From Gemmatimonadales bacterium (lineage in GTDB: Bacteria > Gemmatimonadota > Gemmatimonadetes > Gemmatimonadales > GWC2-71-9), in assembly GCA_041613315.1 (NCBI GenBank), contig JBFJHJ010000013.1, positions 1 through 64,000 on the forward strand: DNA of 64,000 nt. The letters run 5' to 3'. Positions 1-8,246 of this stretch are shown here, one piece after another. Every line of letters starts with the position of its first letter. Within the stretch, counting starts at the first letter, position 1. Made by a program: the position numbers and the translations under genes. The notes below the pieces were generated by a model. It did not search any database, was not told the DNA's origin, and saw only the letters and a program-made list of their open reading frames with translations.

Positions 1-1069
1 AAGCGCGGCCGTCGAGCGTGAGCGCGGCGCCGTCGCGGACGCCGTCGTCGACGAAGCGCACGACCCGCTCGCGATGGCGCCGGGAGATCACGGGCCCCAT
101 ATCGACGCCGTCCTCGAGCCCGTAGCCGATCGTGAGCGACGACGCCCGCTCGAGGACGCGGTCGCGGATCGGCCCGTACGCGTCGCCCACGCCCACCACG
201 ACGCTCCCGGCGAGGCAGCGCTGACCGGCGGCACCGAACACGGAGGAGACGACGGCATCCGCCGCGGCCTCGGGGTCGGCGTCGGGCAGCACGATCATGT
301 GGTTTTTGGCACCCCCCAACGCCTGGACGCGTTTCCCTTCGCCGGCAGCCTTGGCGTACACGTAGCGCGCCGTCTGACTTGATCCGACGAACGAGACGCC
401 GAGGACATCCGGGTGCTCGAGGATCGCGCTCACCGTCTCGGAGCCACCGTGCACCACATTCAGCACGCCGCGCGGGAGACCGGCACGGGTCGCGAGGTCC
501 ACGATCGTCTGGTGTGTCAGCGGGTCCTGCTCGCTCGGCTTGAGGACGACCGTGTTGCCGGTCGCCACGGCGTACGGCCAGAACCACAGCGGGATCATCA
601 CGGGGAAGTTGTACGGGGTGATAACGGCGAAGACACCGAGCGGCTGGCGCACCGTCTCGCAATCGATCCCGGGTGCCACGTCCTCGAGTGTCTCGCCCAT
701 CATGAGCGTGGGAATACCGCAGGCGTGCTCGACGTTCTCGATCCCCCGCCGGATCTCGCCCAGGCTCTCCGCCAGCGTCTTCCCGTGCTCTTGCGTGAGA
801 CTCAGCGCCATGTCCCCCTGGTGCTGCTCGAGGAGTCCCTTCAGGCGAAACAGCACGCGAGCGCGCTCCACCGGCGGCGTCGCGCGCCACGTCGCGAACG
901 CCGCTCGTGCGGCCTGGACGGCGGCGTCCACGTCCTCGCTCGTCGAGAGTGGCGTGCGAGCCAGGAGCTCGCCCGTCGCGGGGTCTCGCACATCGAGGGC
1001 TTCACGGCACGCCGCGCGCACCCACCGTCCGTCGATGAAGTTCGGAATCGCGTTCTGCGTGGCGTTCAT
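1..1069 (-). CDS. mmsA: CoA-acylating methylmalonate-semialdehyde dehydrogenase (partial, runs off window start)
   Basis: Not in the ORF track. Hand translation from ATG at 1069 gives MNATQNAIPNFIDGRW...ENVEHACGIPTLMMGE...TPYNFPVMIPLWFWPYAVATGNTVVLKPSEQDP...FGAAGQRCLAGS, which are ALDH/MMSDH motifs. Confidence 0.9.
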   Translation of the reverse strand, partial: MNATQNAIPNFIDGRWVRAACREALDVRDPATGELLARTPLSTSEDVDAAVQAARAAFATWRATPPVERARVLFRLKGLLEQHQGDMALSLTQEHGKTLAESLGEIRRGIENVEHACGIPTLMMGETLEDVAPGIDCETVRQPLGVFAVITPYNFPVMIPLWFWPYAVATGNTVVLKPSEQDPLTHQTIVDLATRAGLPRGVLNVVHGGSETVSAILEHPDVLGVSFVGSSQTARYVYAKAAGEGKRVQALGGAKNHMIVLPDADPEAAADAVVSSVFGAAGQRCLAGSVVVGVGDAYGPIRDRVLERASSLTIGYGLEDGVDMGPVISRRHRERVVRFVDDGVRDGAALTLDGRA

Positions 1070-1237
1070 CGGCGTCTCACCGCACGCGGTTCAAACCCAA
1101 ACATGGATGCCGAACGCCCCCCGGCGCCAGGCGCCCGAACCGGAACGCGTGGGGGGCCCACGCATCGGCGGGGCGCCGTGGGGTTTCGCGGCGGCGGCGG
1201 CGCGGTCACTTTAGTGGCCGCGTACAGGGGGGACAAC

Positions 1238-2515
1238 ATGGCGCTCAGTCGTCGCGAGTTCCTCAAGCTGGCGGGGGTGCACACAGGCCTCCTCGCTGCC
1301 GGGGCGGCCTCGCTGGAGACGGAACGGGCTGCGCCGCCGGCCGCAGCGGCGTCGGACGTCGTCGTCGTGGGTGCCGGGGCGTTCGGCGGCTGGACCGCCC
1401 TGCATCTCAGGGACCTGGGCGCGTCGGTCACGCTGGTGGATCAGCACGGCCCCGGGAACTCGCGCGCCACGTCGGGAGGTGAGACGCGCGGCGTGCGGAC
1501 CTCGTACGGCGAGCGCGAGACGTGGATCCGCTGGGCGAATGAAGCGATTGGGCGGTGGCGTCAGTGGGACGACGAGTGGGGCCGAGAGCTCAAGCTCCGG
1601 CTGTTCTTCCCGACCGGCGATCTCATCCTCAGGCCCGAGTGGGACCCGTGGCTTATGGCGAGCCAGCAACATTGGGACCGCCTCGAGGTGCCGCATGAGA
1701 TCCTCACGTACGATGAGGCGCGCTATCGCTATCCGCAGGTGAGCCTCGAGGGCATGCGGGTGTTCGTGCACGAGGTGAACGCCGGGGTCGTGCGGGCGCG
1801 CCGGGCGTGCGAGGCGGTGGCCGAGGTGTTCCGGCGCAACGGAGGCGAGACGATCATCGCGCGGGCGGCGCTCGGCCGCCGGTCGGGGGACCGATTGCTG
1901 GACGTCGACCTTACGCCGGGCCGCCGGCTCGCCGCGGAAACGTTCGTCTTCGCGTGCGGTCCCTGGCTGCCCAAGGTCTTCCCCGAGGTGATGGGGACCC
2001 GGCTACGCACACCGATGGGGCATGTGTACTACTACGCGACACCGCCGGGGGACAACCGCTTCACGTTCCCCAACATGCCGAGTTACAACGTCCCGGGGAT
2101 CACAGGATGGCCGGCGCTGCCGCCCGACTATCGGGGGTTCCGTGTCCGCACGGGCGGTCGCCCGCCGGCCGATCCGGACGAGACGACGCGCTGGATCGAC
2201 GGGGAGTTTCTCGACCGGCCGCGTGCGTTCCTCGCCGAGCGCTTCCCCATGCTGCGGGACGCGCCCCTCCTCGAGACGCGCGCCTGCCACTACGAGTTGA
2301 GCGTGGATCGGAACTTCATCGTCGATCGCCACCCGGCGTTCTCCAACGTGTGGATCGCGGGCGGCGGCTCGGCGGAAGGGTTCAAGTTCGGACCGGTGGT
2401 GGGCGAGTATGTGGCGCGGCGCGTCCTGGGGGTCGAGACGGACCCGGCGCTCACGGACGAGTTCCGACTCAAGGACGAGGAATTCGAGGAGGTCGACAAC
2501 GAGAAGCATGAGTGA
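1238..2515 (+). CDS. Tat-exported FAD-dependent oxidoreductase (monomeric sarcosine oxidase / DAO family)
   Basis: ATG 1238 after a G-rich SD-like tract; SRREFLK twin-arginine signal; VVVGAGAFGG Rossmann motif; TSGGETR; GGGSAEGFKFGPVVG C-terminal motif. Confidence 0.85.
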   Translation: MALSRREFLKLAGVHTGLLAAGAASLETERAAPPAAAASDVVVVGAGAFGGWTALHLRDLGASVTLVDQHGPGNSRATSGGETRGVRTSYGERETWIRWANEAIGRWRQWDDEWGRELKLRLFFPTGDLILRPEWDPWLMASQQHWDRLEVPHEILTYDEARYRYPQVSLEGMRVFVHEVNAGVVRARRACEAVAEVFRRNGGETIIARAALGRRSGDRLLDVDLTPGRRLAAETFVFACGPWLPKVFPEVMGTRLRTPMGHVYYYATPPGDNRFTFPNMPSYNVPGITGWPALPPDYRGFRVRTGGRPPADPDETTRWIDGEFLDRPRAFLAERFPMLRDAPLLETRACHYELSVDRNFIVDRHPAFSNVWIAGGGSAEGFKFGPVVGEYVARRVLGVETDPALTDEFRLKDEEFEEVDNEKHE

Positions 2516-2607
2516 GCGCCGGGCCCGGCACTGGCCGCGTGCCGGGGTGCACGGCCGGCGGCAGGAGTGCCGAGCCCGGCCCACTGACGCCTATCCCGGT
2601 TCGGGCC

Positions 2608-3648
2608 TCACCGTTGGCCGCTCGGCACGAACTTCTGCACCCGCATCCCAAGGTGCACCTCGCCCACGAAGACCGCCCCGTCGCGCGTCACCGTGATATC
2701 GTGAGGCCACACCATCTGACCGTCGCTCCGGCCGTACGCGCCCCACGTCGTCAGGATGGTGCCCGCGAGATCGAGCTTGTGAATCCTCGCGCGATCGCGC
2801 GGGAGCGTGTCGGGCCGCGCCGATCGGAATTGGGAGGTGAGCCAGTAGTCGCCGCCGTCCACGACATAGAGGTAGCCGTCCGGCGCGACCTCGAGGCCCC
2901 ATGGTCGGCCCAGCGCCTCGCTCTTCCATTCGTGGAGATACGTGCCGTCCGCGGTGAACACCTGGATGCGAACGTTGCTGCGGTCGGCGACGTACACGCG
3001 ACCGTCGGCGTCCAGCGTGACACCGTGCGGGAGGTCGAACTGGCCGGGTCCACGGCCCGGTTCCCCCCACTGCAACAGCAACTCGCCCGTGGGCGAAAAT
3101 TTGAGCACACGCGCGTTACCGTACCCGTCGGTGACGTACATTGACCCGTCCGGCGCCGCCGCCACGTCGGTGACGCCGTCGAAGTGCGCGGCATCGGTGC
3201 CGCGGACGCCGGCCTCGCCGAGGGTCAGCAACACGCGACCGGTGGGTGACAACTTGAACACCTGATGAAGGTTGTTGTCAGTCACCCAGATGTTGTCGTC
3301 GCGATCGACCGCGAGGCCGTGCGGGTTCCGGAAGAGATCGGCGCCGAGGGAGTCGAGCACCGTTCCGGTTCGCGCGTCGAGGCGCAAGATCGTGGGACGG
3401 CGAATCATGCCTTCCTCGCGCAGCCAGCTCTGATCGGCACGGTGGAACACCAGCACCTCATCGCGCGAGTTCGTGGCCAGTCCGGCGACCTGGCCCATCC
3501 GGAACCCGTCCGGCAGCGCCGGCCATCCGTGGACGACCTCGTACCCGCCAGCCGGACTGGATTGGGCCGGTCGGCAGCCGCTCACGCCGGCGCCGAGAGT
3601 GGCGGGCGCCGTCACGAGGAGCCAGGACGTCCTCCAGGTGATTCTCAT
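2608..3648 (-). CDS. Peptidyl-alpha-hydroxyglycine alpha-amidating lyase (PAL)-like NHL-repeat beta-propeller, probably exported
   Basis: NHL repeats (FRNPHGLAVD, FDLPHGVTLD, YVTDGYGNARVLKFS); VLVFHRA; N-terminal hydrophobic signal ending GVSGC. Confidence 0.8.
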   Translation of the reverse strand: MRITWRTSWLLVTAPATLGAGVSGCRPAQSSPAGGYEVVHGWPALPDGFRMGQVAGLATNSRDEVLVFHRADQSWLREEGMIRRPTILRLDARTGTVLDSLGADLFRNPHGLAVDRDDNIWVTDNNLHQVFKLSPTGRVLLTLGEAGVRGTDAAHFDGVTDVAAAPDGSMYVTDGYGNARVLKFSPTGELLLQWGEPGRGPGQFDLPHGVTLDADGRVYVADRSNVRIQVFTADGTYLHEWKSEALGRPWGLEVAPDGYLYVVDGGDYWLTSQFRSARPDTLPRDRARIHKLDLAGTILTTWGAYGRSDGQMVWPHDITVTRDGAVFVGEVHLGMRVQKFVPSGQR

Positions 3649-4529
3649 GGGCGTTCTCCCTGCATCGCCACGATGCGATTGCGCAGCATGCCGAGGCCCT
3701 CGATCTCGACTTCAACGACGTCGCCGGGCTTCACGGTGTTGTCCTTGCCGGACATCGTCGGGTAGGTACCGGTGTAGATGAGATCGCCGGGCTGCAGCGT
3801 GACGTAACGGCTCAGGTAGCTGACGAGCTGCGCCGGAGTGTTGAGCAGCTGACCGGTGCGGCCGACGGCCACGACGTCGCCGTTCTGGCGGATCTCCACC
3901 TGGAGGTCGCCGTAATCGATTCCCGTCACGATCGCCGGCCCGAGCGCCGCCCAGGTATCCATCCCCTTCGCGAAAAGTCGAGTGGGCTCGTTCACGCCGT
4001 TGCGCTCGCCGTACCACGTGTTCTCGCTGAAGTCGTTCCCCGCGGCGACGCCGAAGATGTAGCCGGGCGCGTCCTCCACCGAGACGTGTCGGCCCCGTTT
4101 TCCGATCACCAGCACCAGCTCCCCTTCCCAGTCGAGATTGGTCGCCTCGGGCGGGTGCTCGATGTCGGAGTCGGGCCCCGTGAGGCTCGTGGGGAGCTTC
4201 GCGAAGAATCGCGGATGCGGGACGGGCTCCTCCCGACCGGGCCGCCGCGTGTTGATCGCCACACCGAGCACCTTGGAGACGCGCCGCGGGTCGATCGGCG
4301 CCAGTAACCGGACCTCAGCGCGCCGGAAGGTGCGGCCGGTGGGTCGCGGCGACGCGAACAGATCCCCGGCCAACTCCCGGATCGTCTCGCCCTCGAGCAT
4401 CCCGTACGCGGTGTCGGCGCCCGCGGCGAACCGGACGTAGCGGGTGACTTGCTGCGCGTCGAGCGCACCGTCGCCGAGCGCGATCGACGCCACCGTCAGG
4501 GCGGCCGCAACACGCGTGAGTGTCATCAT
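3645..4529 (-). CDS. Fumarylacetoacetate hydrolase family protein with signal peptide
   Basis: DWEGELVLVIGK, GNDFS, AKGMD, TLQPGDLIYTGT motifs; start MMTLTRVAAAL...ALDAQQ after GGAGG; stop overlaps the next start. Confidence 0.85.
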   Translation of the reverse strand: MMTLTRVAAALTVASIALGDGALDAQQVTRYVRFAAGADTAYGMLEGETIRELAGDLFASPRPTGRTFRRAEVRLLAPIDPRRVSKVLGVAINTRRPGREEPVPHPRFFAKLPTSLTGPDSDIEHPPEATNLDWEGELVLVIGKRGRHVSVEDAPGYIFGVAAGNDFSENTWYGERNGVNEPTRLFAKGMDTWAALGPAIVTGIDYGDLQVEIRQNGDVVAVGRTGQLLNTPAQLVSYLSRYVTLQPGDLIYTGTYPTMSGKDNTVKPGDVVEVEIEGLGMLRNRIVAMQGERP

Positions 4530-4563
4530 CCCTCCATCTCGCCCGGCTCTCGCCACCAGACGC

Positions 4564-6612
4564 CTAGTTCGATTGCGGCAGCGCCAGCGCCACCAGCTCG
4601 GCCGGGAACCCGGGGCCCGCGATCGCGACGACGATGTATTGGCGCCCGCCGTGCATGTACGTGATCGGGGAGGCATTGGTCGAGGCAGGCAGCTCGACTG
4701 CGGCGATCTCCTCTCCGGTGCGCTTGTCCACCGCATGGAACCATGCGGCGCCGCCGCGGCCCTCACCATAGAACAGCAGCGACTTGGTGGCCAGCACGTT
4801 GGCGTGGGCGACCTTGCCGGTACGCGGCACTTCGACGCCCCGCAGCGCGGGATGGTTCGTGACGTCGGCCGGCGTGTCGCCGTTCGTGATCCGCCAGCGG
4901 TGCTCGCCGGTGTTGAGGTCAATGGCCGTAATCGTGCCGTACGGTGGCTTGAGGAGGCGCAGGCCCTGCGGTCCGCGGAGACCTCCGCCCGGGCCCATGG
5001 ACACGTAGCGCATCTCCGAGCGTTCGGGGTCGTGTTCCAGGGAGATCCCGCTGTACCCGCCGTACGACGCGACGTATAGGATCCCCGTTTCGGGATCCAC
5101 AGCGGCGCCACCCATGATGTTGGTGCCGCCGTTGGCTCCGGGTACCTGGACGGTGCCCACGGTGCCGTCAGGCGCGTCGCGCGGGGACACGGGCGTGTAC
5201 AGCGGCCCCAGACGCCACTCCTTCACGATCTCGAGCGCCTGCGCGCGCAGCTCCGGGGTGAAGTCGATCAAATCGTCGACGGTGACGCCCTGGCGCTCAT
5301 AGGCGGCCGGCTTGGTGGGGAATGGCTGTGTGGGGGCGGTCCATTCTCCCGGCGTGTCCGACGGCGGCACGGGCCGCTGCTCGATGGGCCAGATCGGCTG
5401 GCCGTTGGTCCGATCGAAGACGTAGGCCCAGCCCTGCTTCGTCGTCTGTACCACCAGCTTCCGCCGCCGCCCGTTCACCGTGGCGTCCACCAGATTGGGC
5501 GCCGTGGGGGTATCGTAGTCCCAGATGTCGTGATGAATCATCTGAAAGTGCCAGACCCGCTTGCCGGTCTTCACGTCGAGGGCCAGCACGCTCTCGGAGA
5601 ACAGGTTGTCGCCGGGCCGATGTCCCCCGTACCAGTCGTTGTGCGGGTGGCCGACCGGGATGTAGACGATCCCCAACTCCTCATCCGCCGAGAACGGCGC
5701 CCAGGCGTCGACTTTGCCCGCCACCTGCCACGAGCCGTCGAGCCACGTCTCGTGCCCGACCTCTCCCGGCCGCGGGATGAGGTTGAACATCCAGAGCTGC
5801 TTTCCGGTGCGCACGTCGAAGCCCCGGAGGTGGCCGGGAATGTTCTTGAGTCGCTTGGGATAGTAGCCTTGGAGCGCCGAGTTCCCCACGACGATCACGT
5901 CGTTCACGACGAGCGCTGGTGAGCTGTTACCGATTTGGCCTTGGGCGGGGTCGATGCCTCGCACGGTGCCGGGACCGCCACGGTCGATCGCCCGCCGGGG
6001 GCCGTTGTCGCCGTTGGTCTGCATCGGGCCCGGCTCCCCCGCCCAGGGGACCAGCTCGTAGCCCAGGCCCTGGTGCAGATCGACGACGCCGCGCTCGCCG
6101 AACCCGACGACGGGCCGCCCGGACCGAGCGTCGAGCGCGACCAGTCGGTAGCCGGGCGTCACGACGATGACCCGCGCGTCACGCCCGTCGGTCCAGTACG
6201 CGAGGCCGCGCCCCGAGAAGCGTCGGGGCGCCTTCTCCCATCGCAGTCCCTCGTCGATCCGCCACATCCACAGCGTTTCGCCTGTCGCCGGATCGATGGC
6301 GACGACGGCCCGGCGTTCGCCCGCGACCGTGTAGAGCACACCGCCGGCGTAGAGCGGGGTCGCACGGTAATAGGTCTCCGGCTCCGGGCCGAAGTTCGCC
6401 GCCGTCCAGCGCCACACGACCGCGAGATCCTCGGCGTTGTCGCGGGTGATCTGGTCGAGGGCGGCGTACCTGGTGCTGCCGGCGTCGCCGCCCCAGTAGC
6501 GCCACTCGCCGTTCGCGGCACCGCGCTGCGCAGCGGCCCCTGGCACGAGCACGGTGGCGAAGAACGCCGCGAGGACGAGGCGGCGCGCGCCGTTGGCGAA
6601 GGCGTTCTGCAT
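4564..6612 (-). CDS. PQQ-dependent quinoprotein dehydrogenase (glucose/quinate DH-like), exported
   Basis: GEWRYWGGDAGSTRY, WHFQMIHHDIWDYDTP, KPPYGTITAIDLNTGE PQQ-propeller motifs; signal peptide from ATG 6612. Confidence 0.9.
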   Translation of the reverse strand: MQNAFANGARRLVLAAFFATVLVPGAAAQRGAANGEWRYWGGDAGSTRYAALDQITRDNAEDLAVVWRWTAANFGPEPETYYRATPLYAGGVLYTVAGERRAVVAIDPATGETLWMWRIDEGLRWEKAPRRFSGRGLAYWTDGRDARVIVVTPGYRLVALDARSGRPVVGFGERGVVDLHQGLGYELVPWAGEPGPMQTNGDNGPRRAIDRGGPGTVRGIDPAQGQIGNSSPALVVNDVIVVGNSALQGYYPKRLKNIPGHLRGFDVRTGKQLWMFNLIPRPGEVGHETWLDGSWQVAGKVDAWAPFSADEELGIVYIPVGHPHNDWYGGHRPGDNLFSESVLALDVKTGKRVWHFQMIHHDIWDYDTPTAPNLVDATVNGRRRKLVVQTTKQGWAYVFDRTNGQPIWPIEQRPVPPSDTPGEWTAPTQPFPTKPAAYERQGVTVDDLIDFTPELRAQALEIVKEWRLGPLYTPVSPRDAPDGTVGTVQVPGANGGTNIMGGAAVDPETGILYVASYGGYSGISLEHDPERSEMRYVSMGPGGGLRGPQGLRLLKPPYGTITAIDLNTGEHRWRITNGDTPADVTNHPALRGVEVPRTGKVAHANVLATKSLLFYGEGRGGAAWFHAVDKRTGEEIAAVELPASTNASPITYMHGGRQYIVVAIAGPGFPAELVALALPQSN

Positions 6613-7049
6613 CACCTCTCCGGCGTGGGTTGGCGTTCGATGCGAATCGCTCGCAGCGCCGCGTCGTCGCTTGGCAACTCCGTGCGCCCCGAGGGCAGGC
6701 CGTTGCGATGGAGCACGTAGGCGAGGACGTCGGCGTAGGTGTCGCGAGTGAGGCTTCCCGGGTTGTCGAAGGGCATCCGGCTGCGGACGGTCTCGAACAG
6801 ATCGCCCATCGTGCGGCCAGCCCACGAGTAGAGAAAGCTCCAGCCGGTGAACTCACTCGCGGTGTGGCATTCGGCGCAGTGGCGCCGAAACGCGGCGCGT
6901 CCGCGCTCCGCCTGTGCGTCGGTGAAGGCACCGTCCAGCACCGAGCGCGCTCCAGTGGCCGGATCGTTGGCTTGCGCACCCAGCGGCGGCGCCAGGGCCG
7001 TCACGAACAGGAGGACGGCGAGTGGGGCCGTCCTGGCGGTGAGTTCCAT
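6612..7049 (-). CDS. Monoheme cytochrome c, exported
   Basis: CAECH motif, distal RMPFDNPGSL, signal peptide; stop overlaps the PQQ-DH start. Confidence 0.85.
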   Translation of the reverse strand: MELTARTAPLAVLLFVTALAPPLGAQANDPATGARSVLDGAFTDAQAERGRAAFRRHCAECHTASEFTGWSFLYSWAGRTMGDLFETVRSRMPFDNPGSLTRDTYADVLAYVLHRNGLPSGRTELPSDDAALRAIRIERQPTPER

Positions 7050-7219
7050 ACGCGTCCCGTCGCGGATCCCATCGAAGCTACCCGCGGCCCCCACGGCGTC
7101 AATCGGGCCGCGGCATGGAACCGCCCGCGCGTGATCAGATCCCTCCAACGGGCGGCCGGCTCTGATGACGATCGAGCGTAGCCAATCTCGAACTCCGGGG
7201 CGCGCGCCGCGGTCGAGCG

Positions 7220-8101
7220 TTATCGTGCGGCGTCGAGGGCGGCCCGCAGGCCGCGCAACACCTCTCCGAGCGGCCCGTCCGCCCAGAAGTGCAGGTAATA
7301 CAGCGTCGGCGTTTCCCCGATCAGGTGGCTGTGGAGTGCGGTGACTTCGATGCCATTGCCGACGAGGGCGTCACGCAGGGGGCCGATCTGGATGCCAGTC
7401 ACGGCGAAGTCACCGGTGGCGATGACGCGGGAGCCGCCGACGGCTTGGAGGTTGACGGGACTGCCGGCGGTGATCGTCGCCGGCAGGGGGTGGCCGCCGA
7501 GAGTGATCGGGTCCGGCGCCAGCCGGAACCCGAGCTTGGCGACCGGGCCTTCGGCGGTGCCGCGCGTGCCGAGTTCGCGGTAGACTCGAGCCGTGTCGAT
7601 CGTGACAGGCCGCGGGGCGTGGGTGCGGACCGGGCGTGGCGCGGCGGATTGGTCGAGTGCGCGCGCCACCTTGTGCGCCAGATCGAGCGCCGACCCGCGG
7701 CCCATGAAGTGGATGTACATGATGCGGGGGCTTTCGCCGACGAGGTGATTGTGCACCGCCGTGACGGCGATGCTATCGGCGGCGAGTTGCCGTTCGACGC
7801 GCCCGAGCTCCGCGGTGGTCACCACGAGGTCTCCCATGACCACCGTATCGCCGTCTATCGTCCCGAAGCCGGCCCAGCTGCCCAAGGCGACGCTTGGCTC
7901 GATCACGACGTCGCGCACGCGCACGGTGAGATCCGAACGAGGGAAGTTGTAGCGGATGGTGCCACCACTGGCCACGGCAGCGCTTCCCAGTACGTTGGCC
8001 ACGCTGTCCCACGGGGAGGCCTCCACATCTTGCGCCCACACGCGTGCGCCGCCGCCCGCCGACGCAACGGCCAGCGCGATGCCGACCACCGAGGCCCGCA
8101 T
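7220..8101 (-). CDS. DUF1259-family (tandem domain) exported protein, putative metal-binding
   Basis: Two repeats of the VTAxHxHLxGExPxxxYxHF motif; GSWAGF...VMGDLV; signal peptide. Confidence 0.8.
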   Translation of the reverse strand: MRASVVGIALAVASAGGGARVWAQDVEASPWDSVANVLGSAAVASGGTIRYNFPRSDLTVRVRDVVIEPSVALGSWAGFGTIDGDTVVMGDLVVTTAELGRVERQLAADSIAVTAVHNHLVGESPRIMYIHFMGRGSALDLAHKVARALDQSAAPRPVRTHAPRPVTIDTARVYRELGTRGTAEGPVAKLGFRLAPDPITLGGHPLPATITAGSPVNLQAVGGSRVIATGDFAVTGIQIGPLRDALVGNGIEVTALHSHLIGETPTLYYLHFWADGPLGEVLRGLRAALDAAR

Positions 8102-8246
8102 ACTCTGCTCCTGCGAGGGGTGTACATGAACATACAGCAGGCAGGCGATCGGCGTTCGCCGCAGGAGTCGCGCTCGGATCGGTGCCCGTGAGCGGCGCGC
8201 CGGCAGGGCGGATGCGCGCGGTTGGGCCCGCGGTTACTCATTCCGC

